Shown: positions 11,811 to 25,000, numbered from the stretch's first letter. The stretch: 64,000 nt of DNA from Psammoneis japonica (GCA_008632985.1 QPGO01000032.1:245330-309329); one strand, 5' to 3'. Notes: a model not told the origin generated them from the letters alone. Translations and numbers: made by a program.

Positions 11811-12460
11811 GACAGAGAGCAATTTCCAAGTGCGAACGAGTAATGATGATGAGGGGCTCTCACTCTCCGGTTGGTCGCCGCCGCCGCCACCACGCATCGT
11901 GGTCGTGTGATGGTATCGTGGGTCGTGGGCTTCGTGGCCCAGACACGGACGATGCAAGACGGTGCACATTATGCAAGACCGACCGACGACTGACACGCAC
12001 GGAGCGACCACTTCTGAGAGGGCGGCAGCAGCTGCTCCAGCCTGGATGTTGTGCTGTATTATCAGATCCGCTTTCAATGGACTAGGAAATGGATTTGATG
12101 ACAATGAGCAAAAAGGAAGTTGAAACATGGTGACAAATTGTGAGCGAAAAAATAATGGGTAAAGACATTTGAGTCATTGAGACATTCTCGATTTGTAATT
12201 TCTAATACAGTACAAAATCTTTTTGACATAGCCCTACTGTACCTTCCGATGACTTCGAGCCAGGCAACTGTTAGGGGCAATAATGTTCATCATGACATGA
12301 GGAACCTCAGTCACACACTACAGTACGGCCGCACACCACAAAATAACATTCTCTTGCGTCGATCGCCATTCCCATCTCATAACAGCTTGCCGTATTTTGA
12401 TGTGCCATTCCGGGGGGCTCTTTACTCTGAAGCCCTTCCTGTAGATCTGTGTTGATGAGG

Positions 12461-14700
12461 ATGACGCGACTCAAGACAACCGCAATCATCGGCATCTTTC
12501 TTGTTGGATGCTCCGCAGTTGCACATGGTGCTGCATCGAAGTCAACCAAAGGCACAGGAAGCAACGAAACTCTACGGGTAAGGCGTTTCCTCGTTCAACA
12601 ATCGTCATTTTATAGGCAGACTCATATTTAGTTGTCCTCCCGCATTTTTTCCTGATAGAACCTCGTCATTGGTGGGAAGATTGCGGAGAATGATCGATAT
12701 CCGTATATGGTTGACTTGGATGAACCCAATGGAAACCATCAGTGTGGTGGATCGCTTATTGCGCCTGACTTGGTTATGACAGCAGCTCATTGCAAGTAAG
12801 TACTCGGTCAGAATCTAGGTTGACCTGCAAAGAAGAGACAGTCACTTCTAACACCTGTTGTCACTTTTTGTTGAATAGTGACGTTATTCAGGTGGCTCGT
12901 GTCGGCAAATACAACAAGAGAGATGCCAGACAGGAAACAAACAACTTTAACATCGTCAAAAGATTGTCCATCCTCTATTTGACTCTAGAACTTTCAAGTA
13001 TGATGTGATGATTGTCAAATTAGACGGCGCTTCGGACAACATGTGATTCATATCAACAAGAAGCGCAACACTCCTGTCGCCGGCCAGGAGTTGCATGTGC
13101 TCGGATTCGGTGACACTGATCCATCAGAAAAACAGCTGTTTCCCTCAGTTCTACAGGAAGCATCTGTACATGTGATTCCTAATAAGCTTTGTGAGCAGGC
13201 TAAAAGTCAAAATGGTCTTGACTACCAAGGGCTGGTTATTGATGCCAGGTGAGTTAGAAACTAGCAGCATGCTTCGTATTGGCCTTCGCACGGCTTCTGC
13301 ATGGATGGCATAGCTCATTGTGTTTTCCTTACTATATTCTATAACAGTTGTGCGCTGCTGATGACGGAGAAGATTCTTGCCAAGGTAGGTTGCTAGTATC
13401 GGCCTCGTATAGTACTTCTGCATGAATATTCTGACGAATTTCGTTTTCTTGACCTTTTCCACAAGGCGACAGTGGGGGGCCCTTAATTCAAAAGGCCCAG
13501 TCTCCGCTCAGTGATAGCCAAATAGGACTTGTTTCTTGGTATGTGATCCCTAGGATTGCTGCTGGCGATGTGGATATTGTCGCTCATTTGTTCTCATTCG
13601 TACCTACATGACGACTGCTGCAGGGGCTTTGGATGTGCAGTTCCCGACTTTCCCGGTGTCTACACCCGAATGAGCCACGTGTATGAATTTATCGAAGCCG
13701 TTGTCTGCTCTTCTTCTGCATTTCCTCCAGACTACTTCAATTGTGTGAACGCACCCCCAAGACCTGGGCCAGAGGTTTTCACTCCGCCACCTACCCCGGC
13801 AACACCGATAAAGTTTACTGTTCGCCTTAAACTCGATAGGTTTCCGTACGAGACAGGCTGGTTTCTCGAGCGTATCGATCACTTTGAGGTTGAACGAATA
13901 CATACCGTCTTGCCTGGATTTTACATGCGTGTAGAGGAAGAAATCGAAATGACGTTCTTTCTTGAGAGGGGGGCGCTTTACAGTTTTGACTTTCTTGACG
14001 AATATGGAGATGGAATAGAAGATGGATACGGTATGTCCGGTGGTGCTATGTCTCTTGCGCAAGCACCGATATGCTTCCACAATCTCAACCAGCACGTCTC
14101 TTTGCATTTACTACAGTGAACTTGTTCCTGGAAAATGAATTGATATCAAGCGACGAAGGCGTCGATATTGAAAGTGGCTTCTTTGCTCTCTTCTATGCGG
14201 ATAACGAAGACGACTATGGATATACCGAAACCTTCTTGGATGGTCCAATATTCCATGGAGATGCTTTCTTGACGTTGCAAATTACCTTTGATACATTCCC
14301 CCACGAGATCGGAGTGGAAGTAACGAACAGCTTCAACAATGTTATCTATTATCGGCCTCCTAGATATTTCACGGTCGACTTGCTAGAGACGATAACGGAA
14401 ACAATGGACATTCCAGACGAGAGTCAAGATTACACAATAACTTTTGTTGACACTCATGGTGATGGTCTTGCGGATATGGAAGGAACAGGATACAAGCTTT
14501 TCCAAGGGACACCTGAAACAGGAATACTGCTCGTGGAAAGTGGTTTCCACAAGAAAGCGAGGGAGTCGATAGATTTCAAAACATTTTTTGAGGAGGAGGA
14601 AGCTGAACCTTCTGGTTGTGAGAGGCTTAATGCGATGCCTACTGGAATTGCTTTCTTCCTTGCAGCAACTGTTGTCTGCGTGGTTGGTCTTTGCGTTTGA
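12461..14700 (+). CDS. Trypsin-like (S1) serine protease with two C-terminal repeat domains and a hydrophobic tail; multi-exon
   Basis: Signal peptide, VIGG, CGGSLIAPDLVMTAAHC, YDVM, DSCQ/GDSGGP, GCAVPDFPGVYTR. Repeats LD(R/T)FPxExG...D(E/T)xGDG. Two 1-nt frameshifts at ~12960 and ~13040. Confidence 0.88.
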
Positions 14701-14935
14701 GAGCACCTGTGCTTGGTTGCTTCATTTCTATGCAAGGTTACTCTACATCCAACTTAAGAGAAACAGCTCGGGCAATCGCCGCAAGTGTTTCAGCGTGTAC
14801 TAGTTGGTGAGCCTCTAGGTTTGATTGAGGTGCCGAGAATCATCCAGGCCGTCGCCTACCTGACGAAACATAGCTTCTAGAGAGCGTTTAGGTATAGGCT
14901 ACGCACCTCTCATAACAATAATACAAATAGTATTT

Positions 14936-15559
14936 CTACTCGTCTGGCTGAGCCAGAGCGACGATAGTCTGCGTTTCAATACGGTTGTGGCTATCAAACG
15001 TGAACGAATCCGTTCCCAGAATAGTTTCGTGAGACGGCGTCTCGGCAATCCAGTGCACCTGAGCATGGTTACCATTCACCGAAATGTGCCGCAAATCAAA
15101 CTCGGTTGTTTCTGGAGGCAGCAGCTTTGAAATGTCTTCAAAGGCTTTACGAGCACCAGCCTTTCCATGAAAAGTGTGTGGCACGCTATTCACAAGCTCG
15201 TGAATCGTCGCGTCCTCGCTGTAATCTTTCAGGATCTCCTCTATCGCCAAATGTCCAAACTCATTCCAATAGTGATGCTTGATCACCCGAAGTTGCTCAT
15301 CGTTGTCAACAAAGTCAATGTGGGAATGTAGGTGAAGGCACTCGTCGAGCAGTATCTTTGGGCTGTTGCCTTTTTCTTGAAATTTTCGATTCATGTCTTG
15401 GACTGCGCCTGACGCAAGGCCGAGTTCAGCGACATTTTTATGCGTTAAAGCATTCAATACTGCATCAGCGGTGCCTTCAGAGCATGCTAAAGCTTGACTA
15501 GGATCGACTTTCATGGTATCAACGATTTCAGATTGTGGTGGCAGAACGAGAATCACCAT
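14936..15559 (-). CDS. SnoaL/NTF2-like domain protein
   Basis: IEEILKDYSEDATI...FHGKAGARKAF...HAQVHW...GTDSFTFD...IETQT pattern. The true start may be the second Met (MKVDP); the 5' side abuts the repeat block. Confidence 0.75.
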   Translation of the reverse strand: MVILVLPPQSEIVDTMKVDPSQALACSEGTADAVLNALTHKNVAELGLASGAVQDMNRKFQEKGNSPKILLDECLHLHSHIDFVDNDEQLRVIKHHYWNEFGHLAIEEILKDYSEDATIHELVNSVPHTFHGKAGARKAFEDISKLLPPETTEFDLRHISVNGNHAQVHWIAETPSHETILGTDSFTFDSHNRIETQTIVALAQPDE

Positions 15560-15584
15560 GATGTTGTGTCATGCTTGATGTTCT

Positions 15585-16590
15585 TAGGCCCTGGCCCAAT
15601 GCGCACTCCCAAACCCCAAAATGCGCACCTTTTTTTGGCACTTTGCGCAGTACGTACAATTCTACGTGTCCCTGGTACTGGACGACGGCAAGACACACGA
15701 CAATCCAATTGACAAAGGAGGCATCAAAAAGCACAGAGTTCAACCGCCCTGCATTCATCGCGAATTTCAAAGAGGAGCTGAAGATGTACAAGGAGAAGAT
15801 TGACAAAATAGAAGATGACCATTGGACTACTCTTGAAGGATCAGATGAGTGTGACACCATGCTTGCATTGAAAAAGCAGGAAGAAGCTGGAGAGGAGCGT
15901 GATCCAAGGAACCTTGAAGGACACATGGACCGACTGGCTTGGAAAGAAGATGATGCAGAGGTTGCAAGGAGGGTTTGGGAATGGTGGCATGTTCACCATG
16001 AGATGCATTTAGCCATGTCTGAAGCTGCACGTCTGGTGGTCCTCATGCAACTTTCCAGTGTTCTTCCGTTGAGCGAGTTTTTTCTCAGCTCAAGTGCACT
16101 GTTGAGACAGCTCCACAGCAAAACACACTGCATGATGCCATTTTGTTGCATCTCTTTTCTCGTTTGCACAGGGACATGATGTCAATCAAGACTGTCAGTG
16201 GCACTGCAAGAGAAGCCCAGAGTCGAGAGAGCTCTTTCTCTCAGCTCGAGTGCACTTGCATGGTGTGCAGCTTGCTTTGTTGTGACGTCGTTTTTTTCTC
16301 CTTGGAACAAGGGGTGTGATTTGGTGGCAACACAGTGTAGCAGTAATGTGATTAATACGATGTAGCAGCAATATGATGTGCTAGTAATGTGATGTAGTGG
16401 CAATGTAAAATGTACGTAATCGAGAAGTGGCGAACGCGTGTTGTCACCGTCTTGACCGGTGATGAAGCACGGTTGCACTGAACCTGGTACTGCACCACGT
16501 ACATTCTACGTAGTGCGCACTCTGCGCAAATTGCGCATTCTGCTCACAGAAAATCCCCAGTTTGCGCACTGCGCATTGGGCCTGAGCCTA
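15585..16590 (+). mobile_element. Internally deleted hAT DNA transposon
   Basis: Imperfect TIRs TAGGCCCTGGCCCAATGCGC / GCGCATTGGGCCTGAGCCTA. Perfect 8-bp TSD GATGTTCT (15577-15584, 16591-16598). hAT C-terminal dimerisation remnant VWEWW...SEAARLVVLMQLSS/SVERVFSQLK. Confidence 0.93.
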
Positions 16591-19500
16591 GATGTTCTTT
16601 GTTCGTCGGTTGTTGTTTGAACCCGAATTCCGAACTCGTTGTCGCGAGCTTTTTCGCGCGCAAAACCCAAACGGGGGGCTCGCGGGGGGCTTTGCCGATT
16701 TTATTCGATCTCACAGGCGCGCTCGAAGAATGTGTGTGTGTGTGCTCTTGTGTGTTGGGATGGGGACTCGCACCGATGCTTCGCACCTCTTTTGTTTTTT
16801 TCAATGGTCTGCAAAGAGGTGAGGGGTTGAAGCCTGAGGCGTGAGATCTGTGGTGGTGAAAAGCAAGCATTTCGACACGGGGGTGCGGGAAGTGAGCGCG
16901 CGAACTCCGCTGCTGGCAGCAGCAGCGCGTGCGGCAGCAAATTTGCTGAAAATGAGACAATCTTGCTGGGTTCTTGTGCAAAGCAATGGATTGATCAAGA
17001 GACTCAACAGCTCTTTGAATCACCAAGGCAGGGTTCAACCTCCGTTGCGGTTGAAGCTTTAGAAAGTCCCGCCCCTCATGATCAGCAGGGGTGCGTGGTC
17101 GGAGTTTTGTGGAGTGAAATCAAGTTTCATTGGTGGTGCACATTTTAATTGTCTCTTTCAAGTCTGCTGCATGCCTTGCACACAGGTCCAATGCCACGGG
17201 GAAATGGCCTGGAAACTGGAAACAGCTTCTCTTGCTGTTCAAGCTTTTTCTTCTCAACCTTGATGCACCTTTTCAACACACGACTCTGCTCCAAAGTGAT
17301 TGCCTTTGACTTCTTGGCTCGCTTGCAGATTCTCTCAATTTTTTCCACTTTGCGTCCAATGCAAGTTTCGTTTGTGCAGTTTGGAATTCTAGAAAATCTC
17401 TTTGCAAACTTGGCAAGCAATGAAAGTTTGTGAGACCAGACTGCGACAAGTTCTCACAACACGGGCAAGGGACTTTCTTGGGAGATGAAGCCGCAACAAG
17501 TGAGACAGAAACTCATCCGCAACTGTCGTCCGGACTTGCAGGATTCTTCATTTGTGAAAAGCAGTCCTGTGCTCACCAAGAAAGGCACAGATTTGTGGAC
17601 ATTTTGTTGGGGCTTCTTCAAAGCAATGTTGCAAACACAAGTCTCGGTTGTTGCCATCATCAATGAGCACCGCCTCACAAAGGAAAGTCTGGTCTCATGC
17701 CAGTCCAGCCAGATGTCAATTTTGTGGGGGTAGAGTCATGTCATCAGGGGCTGAGGATTGATGCTGCAATTTTTGGAGGCATTTGTTGCTGCGCCAAGAA
17801 ACAGAAAGAGAAATTGATGGGCATTCTTTCAGTGGATGACGTGTGTCCATTTGCCAACAATGAAAGATGAAAAGTTGGAAACTGTGCACCACTTGCAAAA
17901 CCTGCAACAGGGACACTCCACCCTGCAGCTGGCTCATTGATGATCTTGAACATGTGCTCAGAGAAGCCAAGCCAGAAAGTTGAGAGGAGACCTGGGTTGT
18001 GAGGGGAGCAAGCAAAAGGGCTGCATGTTGGGCTGTTTGAGTCTCTCCGGATGCTTCAACACTCTGCAGCACACCTTTCAGCTGCACCTTGTGGAAAAGC
18101 CCAGGGAAGGAGTGATGTGCCTGGTCAAACCAGAGTTGGCTGCAATGTTCCTTCTGGATGAGCCTTTCTTGAGCACTGCACAGCAAGCAGCAACTCTGCG
18201 CCCCTGGGTGCAGCAATGCAGAGCCAGGGTTGTGTGACCGTTTGGCAGATGGCAGGTTGATGCAAGCAGCACAAGTGGTTGGAAAGGCTGTTTGCTGCTC
18301 CAAAGGTGGAGACCATGCACTCATCATGGCCACTGGCAAGCTGCAGAGCTGCTTTCTTTAAAGAAAAACCCTGCAAGTTCAGACAACAGTTGCAGGCTTG
18401 CAGTGGGGTGCATTTTGTGCACAGCATCAGCAAAGATGAAAAGGCTGTTGTCTCATGAGCAAGGTTGTGGGTCTGTGACAAAATCATTTTTCATGAAAAG
18501 ATGCACTCACACACTTTGACATTTTGCACAAAAAGACCAGTTCATTTCATCCATTCCCATGCAAACCGGTGCGCAATGCTGTCACTTTGATGTCTTTTCT
18601 TGCACCCATGTGGGATGCTGCCATTTCAACCACCACAATCCCACTGGCTTCTCTCACACCATGTGATGCAGAGCCAGCCATTCCAAGCTGTGCAGCAGCA
18701 CAGACACTGGGTCCAGCTTTCTTGCAATGCCAGGTCTTGACTGTCTTGCAGGACCACCACAGTGAACTTCAGAACACAGGACTTTGACAGCAAGTCTCAA
18801 CACAAAAAAAAATGTCAATCTTGGCCTGGCCTGGCACTTGTGAGTGTGGAGAATAAACCAGCATCATCATCTTCCCATTTGTTGATTGAGAGCACCTGGT
18901 GTCAATCGGAGAGGGCAGGACATTTGGTGCACCTCACAGGCAAAAATTGGTTGCCCTTGCTGCTGCAATGCTCATTCTTGTGTTGACAAAGCTGCAAACT
19001 TGCAAACATGGTTTTTGCCATTTTTTGTTGGCAAGCCATGCTGGCAACATGCACAGGGTTGCCTTGGCCTCTTTGCCAAGCAGCCTGTTGCATGACACCC
19101 CACAAAGGTGTGTAAAATGATGATGTTGCTCAAGGCAAGGCTTGAAACACTTGTGTTTTTTCTCTTTTTTGTGGCCCAGCAGAGAGCCTGTTGTGAAAAC
19201 CAGGATGTGTGCAACTTGGCATGTCTGTGCCTGCAACTTTGACACTCTGTGACAATGTTGGCCTATCATTCCCACACTGGCCATGGACCAAAACATCTCT
19301 GTGGTTGCCATCTCTTGATTTGTGTGAGTTTGCAGTTGTGCTTGGCAAACCATTGGATTGACTCTTGTGTTTGGACTTGTTCCTGAGACATGGCCAGGGC
19401 TGACAACAGGTTTGTCATGCAATGAAAAGGGCCATGTTGTCTTTGCCAACAAGTCACTGAGCTCAGCATCATGAATCTTGTTGTGCCATGTTCTTTGTCT

Positions 19501-19850
19501 GTCACATTGTGTTGAACCCAAATTCGTTGCTGGCACAAGTTTTTCTTGAGTGTGTGCACACTTTGTGTGGAATGGGGCCTCACTTTAATGCCCTGCACCT
19601 CTTTTTTTTCAAAGGTCTGCAAAGATGTGAGGGGTTGAAACCTGAGGCCGGCACAAGATTTGTGGCAGCAAAAAGCAAAAAATTCAACAAAGGGGCACAA
19701 GGCAGCACAGCAGAGAAGTGAGCACAGGCTTCTCTGCAAGCATTTGTTGGCAGCTTCTGCCAAAAACTGAGACAGAACCTCAATGGGTTGTGCAAAGCAG
19801 TGGACTGATCAAGAGACTCAGCATCTCTTTGAATCAGCGGGCAGCTCTCT
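16591..19850. repeat. Degenerate repeat block with a duplicated segment (16591-17030 similar to 19488-19840)
   Basis: Shared anchors GGTCTGCAAAGA.GTGAGGGGTTGAA.CCTGAGGC and GATCAAGAGACTCA.CA.CTCTTTGAATCA; TpA-depleted; coding identity not recognised. Confidence 0.65.
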
Positions 19851-19923
19851 GGGTGCAGGGGTGAACATCTTGAACCCAGGAGCAGCAAATGGAGGACACT
19901 CCCTCCTCCTTTCCCTGCCCACC

Positions 19924-20155
19924 GGCCTGTTCCAGCTCCAGGTGCTCCGCGCGGGTTCGATTCCCATCGTTTGGAATCCAAACCCGTTTTTTGCCAAATC
20001 GAAGGGTGAGTGTACACTTTGCATGCATTTTCGGGTGTACACTCACCTTTCGATTTTCGAAACGATCAAAATTGAAGGAGTTAATTGTGCTGAACTGCAC
20101 AGAAAATCGGCCTCTCGCGTGATGAAAAGCAGAGCACCTGGAGCTGGAACAGGCC
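19924..20155. mobile_element. MITE with 27-bp TIRs and an internal 22-bp hairpin
   Basis: TIR GGCCTGTTCCAGCTCCAGGTGCTCCGC matches the reverse complement of 20129-20155 at 26/27. 4-bp TSD CACC. Internal inverted repeat 19996-20017 / 20035-20056 matches at 21/22. Confidence 0.88.
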
Positions 20156-21049
20156 CACCACATTCTCCCCCTTTTTGTTTGACAACATCTGTGCCTCCAC
20201 TTTGGCTGCTGTGACTCTTCACAAGGATCCTCTTGTGCCAAACTTTGCTCATCATGGCATCAAAATCAAATCACGCTGTGTGTCACTCACTTTTCCATGT
20301 GCCATTTTGGCCCAAACACCAAGACTGAGCAGGGCATTTGCACTGCATTTTTCCACAATCTCCTTGCACAATGACAAAGCACATGATGGGAAAGTCTGCA
20401 CACAGGTGCAAGCAACAAGTCTGTGTGCATGCATGTGCTGGTTGAGGGGGGTTCAAGGAGCCAGGCCATGTGGTGTTTTGGGGAGCTGGCAGCAATCTTC
20501 CACAACTCTGTCTTCTTCCTTTGCAAATGAGCAGCCACAGTCTGTCAGTTGTGCAGAGTGAATTTTTCACTGCTCCTCCTCATTGTTGGCATCAAGAAGG
20601 GTTTGCTCAAATGTGAGCCATTGGAGCAAATTTTTGCAATGAAATTTTTGATTGTGCAAGTGTCAAACTGCGCAGCTTGCATGAGAAAAGTTTTTTGTGC
20701 CACACCAGCTTTGATTTGTTTTGCCTGGAGATTTTCTACACACCAAATGTGAAATTTTGTTTGGGTTCATTTGCCTCATGCCATTGAATTTAATTCAGCC
20801 TCTTGTGTCCAAAACAAAAAATTCTTCTTTGACCTTCATGTTGTTGATGTCAACAACAAATCTGTTTGTGCCAAAAACACATCCAAGCGCAGCAACAATG
20901 ATGCATCACAAAGCAACTGGAGCAGAGGAGCTCTGGACAAAAACACATGTGTGCCCAGAAACCACACTCAGAAATGTCATCATTGTCAAGCTCCTCATCA
21001 GCACAGTCAAAAATGAAGGGTGAAAGCATTTCTTGACAAACCTCCGGCT

Positions 21050-24000
21050 CTCTGGCTGCATGACACATGATTTCATCATGTCCAAGAATGAAGAATGAAG
21101 TGTGCTTGCAAAGTTAAGCCATGTGGTTGTTGCTTGTTTCAAAAGCAGCTGTGAAGGCACTGCCTCCTGCAGCAACATCCAAAAACACTCACAAACAAAG
21201 CAGCAGCTGTGGCGGCAATGCCATGGAGGCAATGTTGAAGGAGGATCTTTCTCAACAACTCTTCCACCATTTTCATTGCTCACAAAAAAAGCTCAAACAG
21301 AAGCTGTCAACAGCACCCAAGGTCATCAATGTTCTGCTCAATGTCGACAGTGGCTGAGCAGGAAAGACACAGCCTCACACAAAACAGCACTGCTGCAGTT
21401 GAAAAAAAAGTGTTGGTTTTTGCCACTGTGTGAAAGGTGGTGGTTGGGTCAAGACAAGAAAATGTTGCTGGTGTCACCTCATTTCAAAAAGATTGATGTG
21501 CCCCATGTGCATTCTTCATGTGAGCTGCCACCAGATGCTTTGTCATCTCACCAACACCAGTGCCCAACTTTGTGGCTCCAGTGTCCTCCAAAGGGTTGAA
21601 GTTCTCATTCTTGACAATGCAAGTGTCATGCCAAATCATCAAGTTTGCACCTCAAGCAGTCAATGCTTGGCTCATGTCAAGTCACACAGCTGCTGCCATT
21701 TGCAACAAGTGAGCACACAATCAAAGTCCCCAGCTCCAAACAAGGGGACACTTTAAAAGACACACAAGAGAAAACTCACAATTTTTTGCACACAGCACGC
21801 AGTGGCTGGCATGCACTCTGCTTGCACACAATTCACAGAGAGAAAGCAATGCAAAAAGGAGATCACTCAACTGCCCAACAGAGCAGGCTGATCAACCCAC
21901 CCACACCCCCACACACTTTTTTTTTGTCTGAAGAAGTGCGCATGCACGCAGCTCAGTCATGGTTCACAAACAGGTCACTGTCTCTCTGCACCCATTTCAC
22001 ATGATGCAAACGACAGCAACAACATGGAAACACATGCACTGGAGGCTGTTCAAGTCCATGTTCACTCCAGAAAGCCCCTGTGTTTTGTGCACCACACATC
22101 TATGGCCCAGCCTTCATGGCTGGTGGCCAATCACATCCCACCAGTCTCACCTCATCCCTTGACAAATGAAGCCCACAACAAAGTGAAGAACAACCAACCT
22201 TCTCTTGTCATGACTGCATGACAAGAATTGCAGCCAAAGCCAAGTGTCATGGAGAACACCCCCAAAGAACCACATCTCTGGTGCGACTCCTCCACTGATG
22301 GTCAGATTCTGCAGCACTGCCAGTCATGGATCACGCAATTGGATCGTGCATTTCTGGCATTGTCAGGCATCAATGTCAATGGGCTCAATGAGGCTGGGGG
22401 GAATTTTTGCAATGAATTGGTGGTCACCCCACAAAGAAAAGCTGCAACCCAGTTTTTGGCCCACTGCTGCACAAGCTGGCACATGGTGGGTGCGTGGGTG
22501 CTGCGTCCGGCGCATGCTGTGGTGTGCATGCTTCACATGCTGGCGCAGAAGCTCACAGCCCACCCTTTCCAGACAAAATGTGCTGCCCCCCTCTGCTCCC
22601 AAGCACAGGCAGTTGCTTCCTGCCTTCTTCTTTGCCTGTGTCTCCGCTGCAGGGCATTTCCAGCATCACAAAAATGTGCAACAAACTTTTCAACAATGAC
22701 ATCTCCCAACAGAAAATTCTGACATTTCTCTGGGGATGTGCATTTTTTTAAATGTCTCTGAGCCATCTCCAGTTTTTGAAAACTTGAGCAATTTTGTGAT
22801 CTCTGGAAGAGGCTCCAAGATGTCAAATGAAACATGAAGAGCACTGCAGAGGTGCCACTCAGTGCCAACAATGTGCGCTGTGTCTGTTCTTGGCATTCTT
22901 GCATGCCAGCAACATGCTTTTGGTCTGGCGTGCTGACAAGAAGCTCATGCTCTGAGCAATTGAGAACAACTTGTTGCTGACTTGTGCTTGGATTTTTTGC
23001 CCAGCTTGATGGAGCAAATGGAGCAAAATGTTTGGCAGTCTAGCTGCTCTGTGCAACAGGCTCTAAATTGTGCCAAGAACAATCGTTGCAACCAAGTTTG
23101 AATTTTTTGGTCTGCCACACACCAAGGGAGTGTTCTCTTCAGCTGCCACCAGCATTTTCAGCCAGCCACAGTGTCTCACAAAAACAACAAATTGTTTTGC
23201 GCATGTGATGTTTGCATCTTGCACACTGCTGCACCACACTGTGTTGTCCTCAAGAGTTGCGCTTGTTTCTGTCAATTTTGTGGTCCTGTGTTTTGACACT
23301 AAATGGTTTCAAGTTTGTGCATTGGTGGGAGCCTGTGTTGATTGCATGCCCATTGTCTGAAGCCCACAAAGCCTCCATTGAGAATCAAAGAATTCCTTCC
23401 ACTGCCTTTGGCTGGCTGCACTTTGATGACAGGCATGTTGCAGCAACATTGCTGCCTGTCAGTTGGCCACAAGTGAGATGCAAGAATGTCTGGTGTGTGC
23501 ACATGTGGAGCACATTTGAATGAACATGCCATGCCTCATTTGCTGCCAATGCTGTGTTGAATGTGTCACTCTGGCTGGGTGCAAAAAAGACACGGCAACC
23601 TTTTGTTTGTCAAACCTCCAGCTGGATGTGTGCTGTGTGATTTCATCACATGTCAAAAGATGCATCTTGTGAAACAAAGTCATGCAGTTGTCTCTTTCAA
23701 AAGAAGCTGCAAAGGCATTGACTGCAGCAACATCCAAGCAAGCACATGAGCCCACGGCAGCAGCATCATGGAAACAACATTGCAGCCAGCCAGCAAAGCT
23801 TCCTCACAAAATCTGTGCCAAGAAACAACTTTTCCCAACAACTCTTCAACTGCTTTTTTTCAAAAAAGAAAGGCTCAAACAGAAACTGACAAAAGTGGCC
23901 AGCTCATTGATGTCAAGCTTGAGGATGGTGCCAGCAGCGGCTGAGCAGGGGAGCAAGTCTCATGGCCGTTGCACCAAAAACAGCATCGCACAAAAAACAG

Positions 24001-25000
24001 TTGGTTTTTGCTGCTGCACAAAATTTGATGGTTGGGCAAAGACAATCAAAGTTTGCTGGTCTGGCTCCTTGTTCCAAGATTGGTGTGCCTTTCTTATTTT
24101 TGGCGTGAGCTGCCGGCGGACACTGTGTGCTGTCTCAGCAAAATGACAGCGCCCACTCTCATGAGACTCCAGTGTTCATCAAAGTCTTCAAATTCTCATT
24201 CTTGACAATGAACAACTGCTGAAATTGGCAAGCTCACACAACAATCATCTGGTGCATCAGGTTGCACACATGGCTGCTGCCATGAATTGCAACAAGCAAC
24301 AAGCACACACAGGCACATGCACATCAACCAACAAAAGCTCTGCTTGCAAGGGATGTCTCAAAAGACATGAGAGAAAATTCACAATTTTTGCAACAAGTGG
24401 CAGCCAGCATGTGCTTTGAACACTTTGTGAACTGTGCAGAGAAGGTGCAGCACAAAAGTGGGGTCACTCAGCTGGCTGACACAGCGGGCTGACATGAAAA
24501 AGCCCCGTGCTGTTTTGCCTCAACAAGAGCAGCAGCACAGCTCAGAAACAGTCCACAGATGTGTTTTGCTCTCTCTGCATCCATTTCACATGATGAAGAG
24601 AACAGTGATACATGCAAGCACATGCGCCAGAGGCCACTCAAGCCCGCATGCATGCTTGCTCTCTACAATCATTTGCACTCTGTGTGCTGACTTGCTTGTG
24701 CTGCTCCTGTTGCTTCTGCTGCCAAGCGGCAAACCCCACCAGCCCACCACTCTCACCTTGTCCTTGACTAACAAAGCCCACAACAAAGCAAAGAACAGTC
24801 AACCTTCTCTTGTTGTGATTGCGAAACAAGAATTACAACCGAAGCCAAGTGTCACATAGAGACAAAACACCCGAAGAACAACAACACGCTTTTGACACGA
24901 CCTGACTGCGATGGTCAGATTCGGGATTGATTCGGGCATAAATCACGACTGGGGCTGCGGGACGCGGATCGCGCGATCGGATCGTGCTTTTTGCTTTTTC
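21050..25000. repeat. Diverged tandem duplication with ~2.6 kb period (21050-22360 similar to 23600-25000), probably decayed gene or TE copies
   Basis: Collinear anchors CTGCAGCAACATCCAA, GCTCAAACAGAA, TTCTCATTCTTGACAATG, AAGCCCACAACAAAG...CAACCTTCTCTTGT and GATGGTCAGATTC. Confidence 0.75.

Noticed and set aside
12950..13050. Programmed frameshifting or pseudogenisation of host genes (also ~28750, ~28912, ~58319, ~59150-59350)
   Set aside because: Single-base losses, often in short homopolymers, across several otherwise intact genes look like long-read assembly indels; read or RNA-seq data are needed.
19924..19985. tRNA gene suggested by GGTTCGATTCCC
   Set aside because: No cloverleaf or anticodon arm; the motif lies within a TIR element.
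16600..24850. Dense overlapping Cys/His/Gln-rich ORFs in all six frames (also 1-7500, 45000-57200, 63300-64000)
   Set aside because: Loss of TpA removes TAA and TAG stops and Tyr codons, which inflates ORF length; these are artefacts, not genes.
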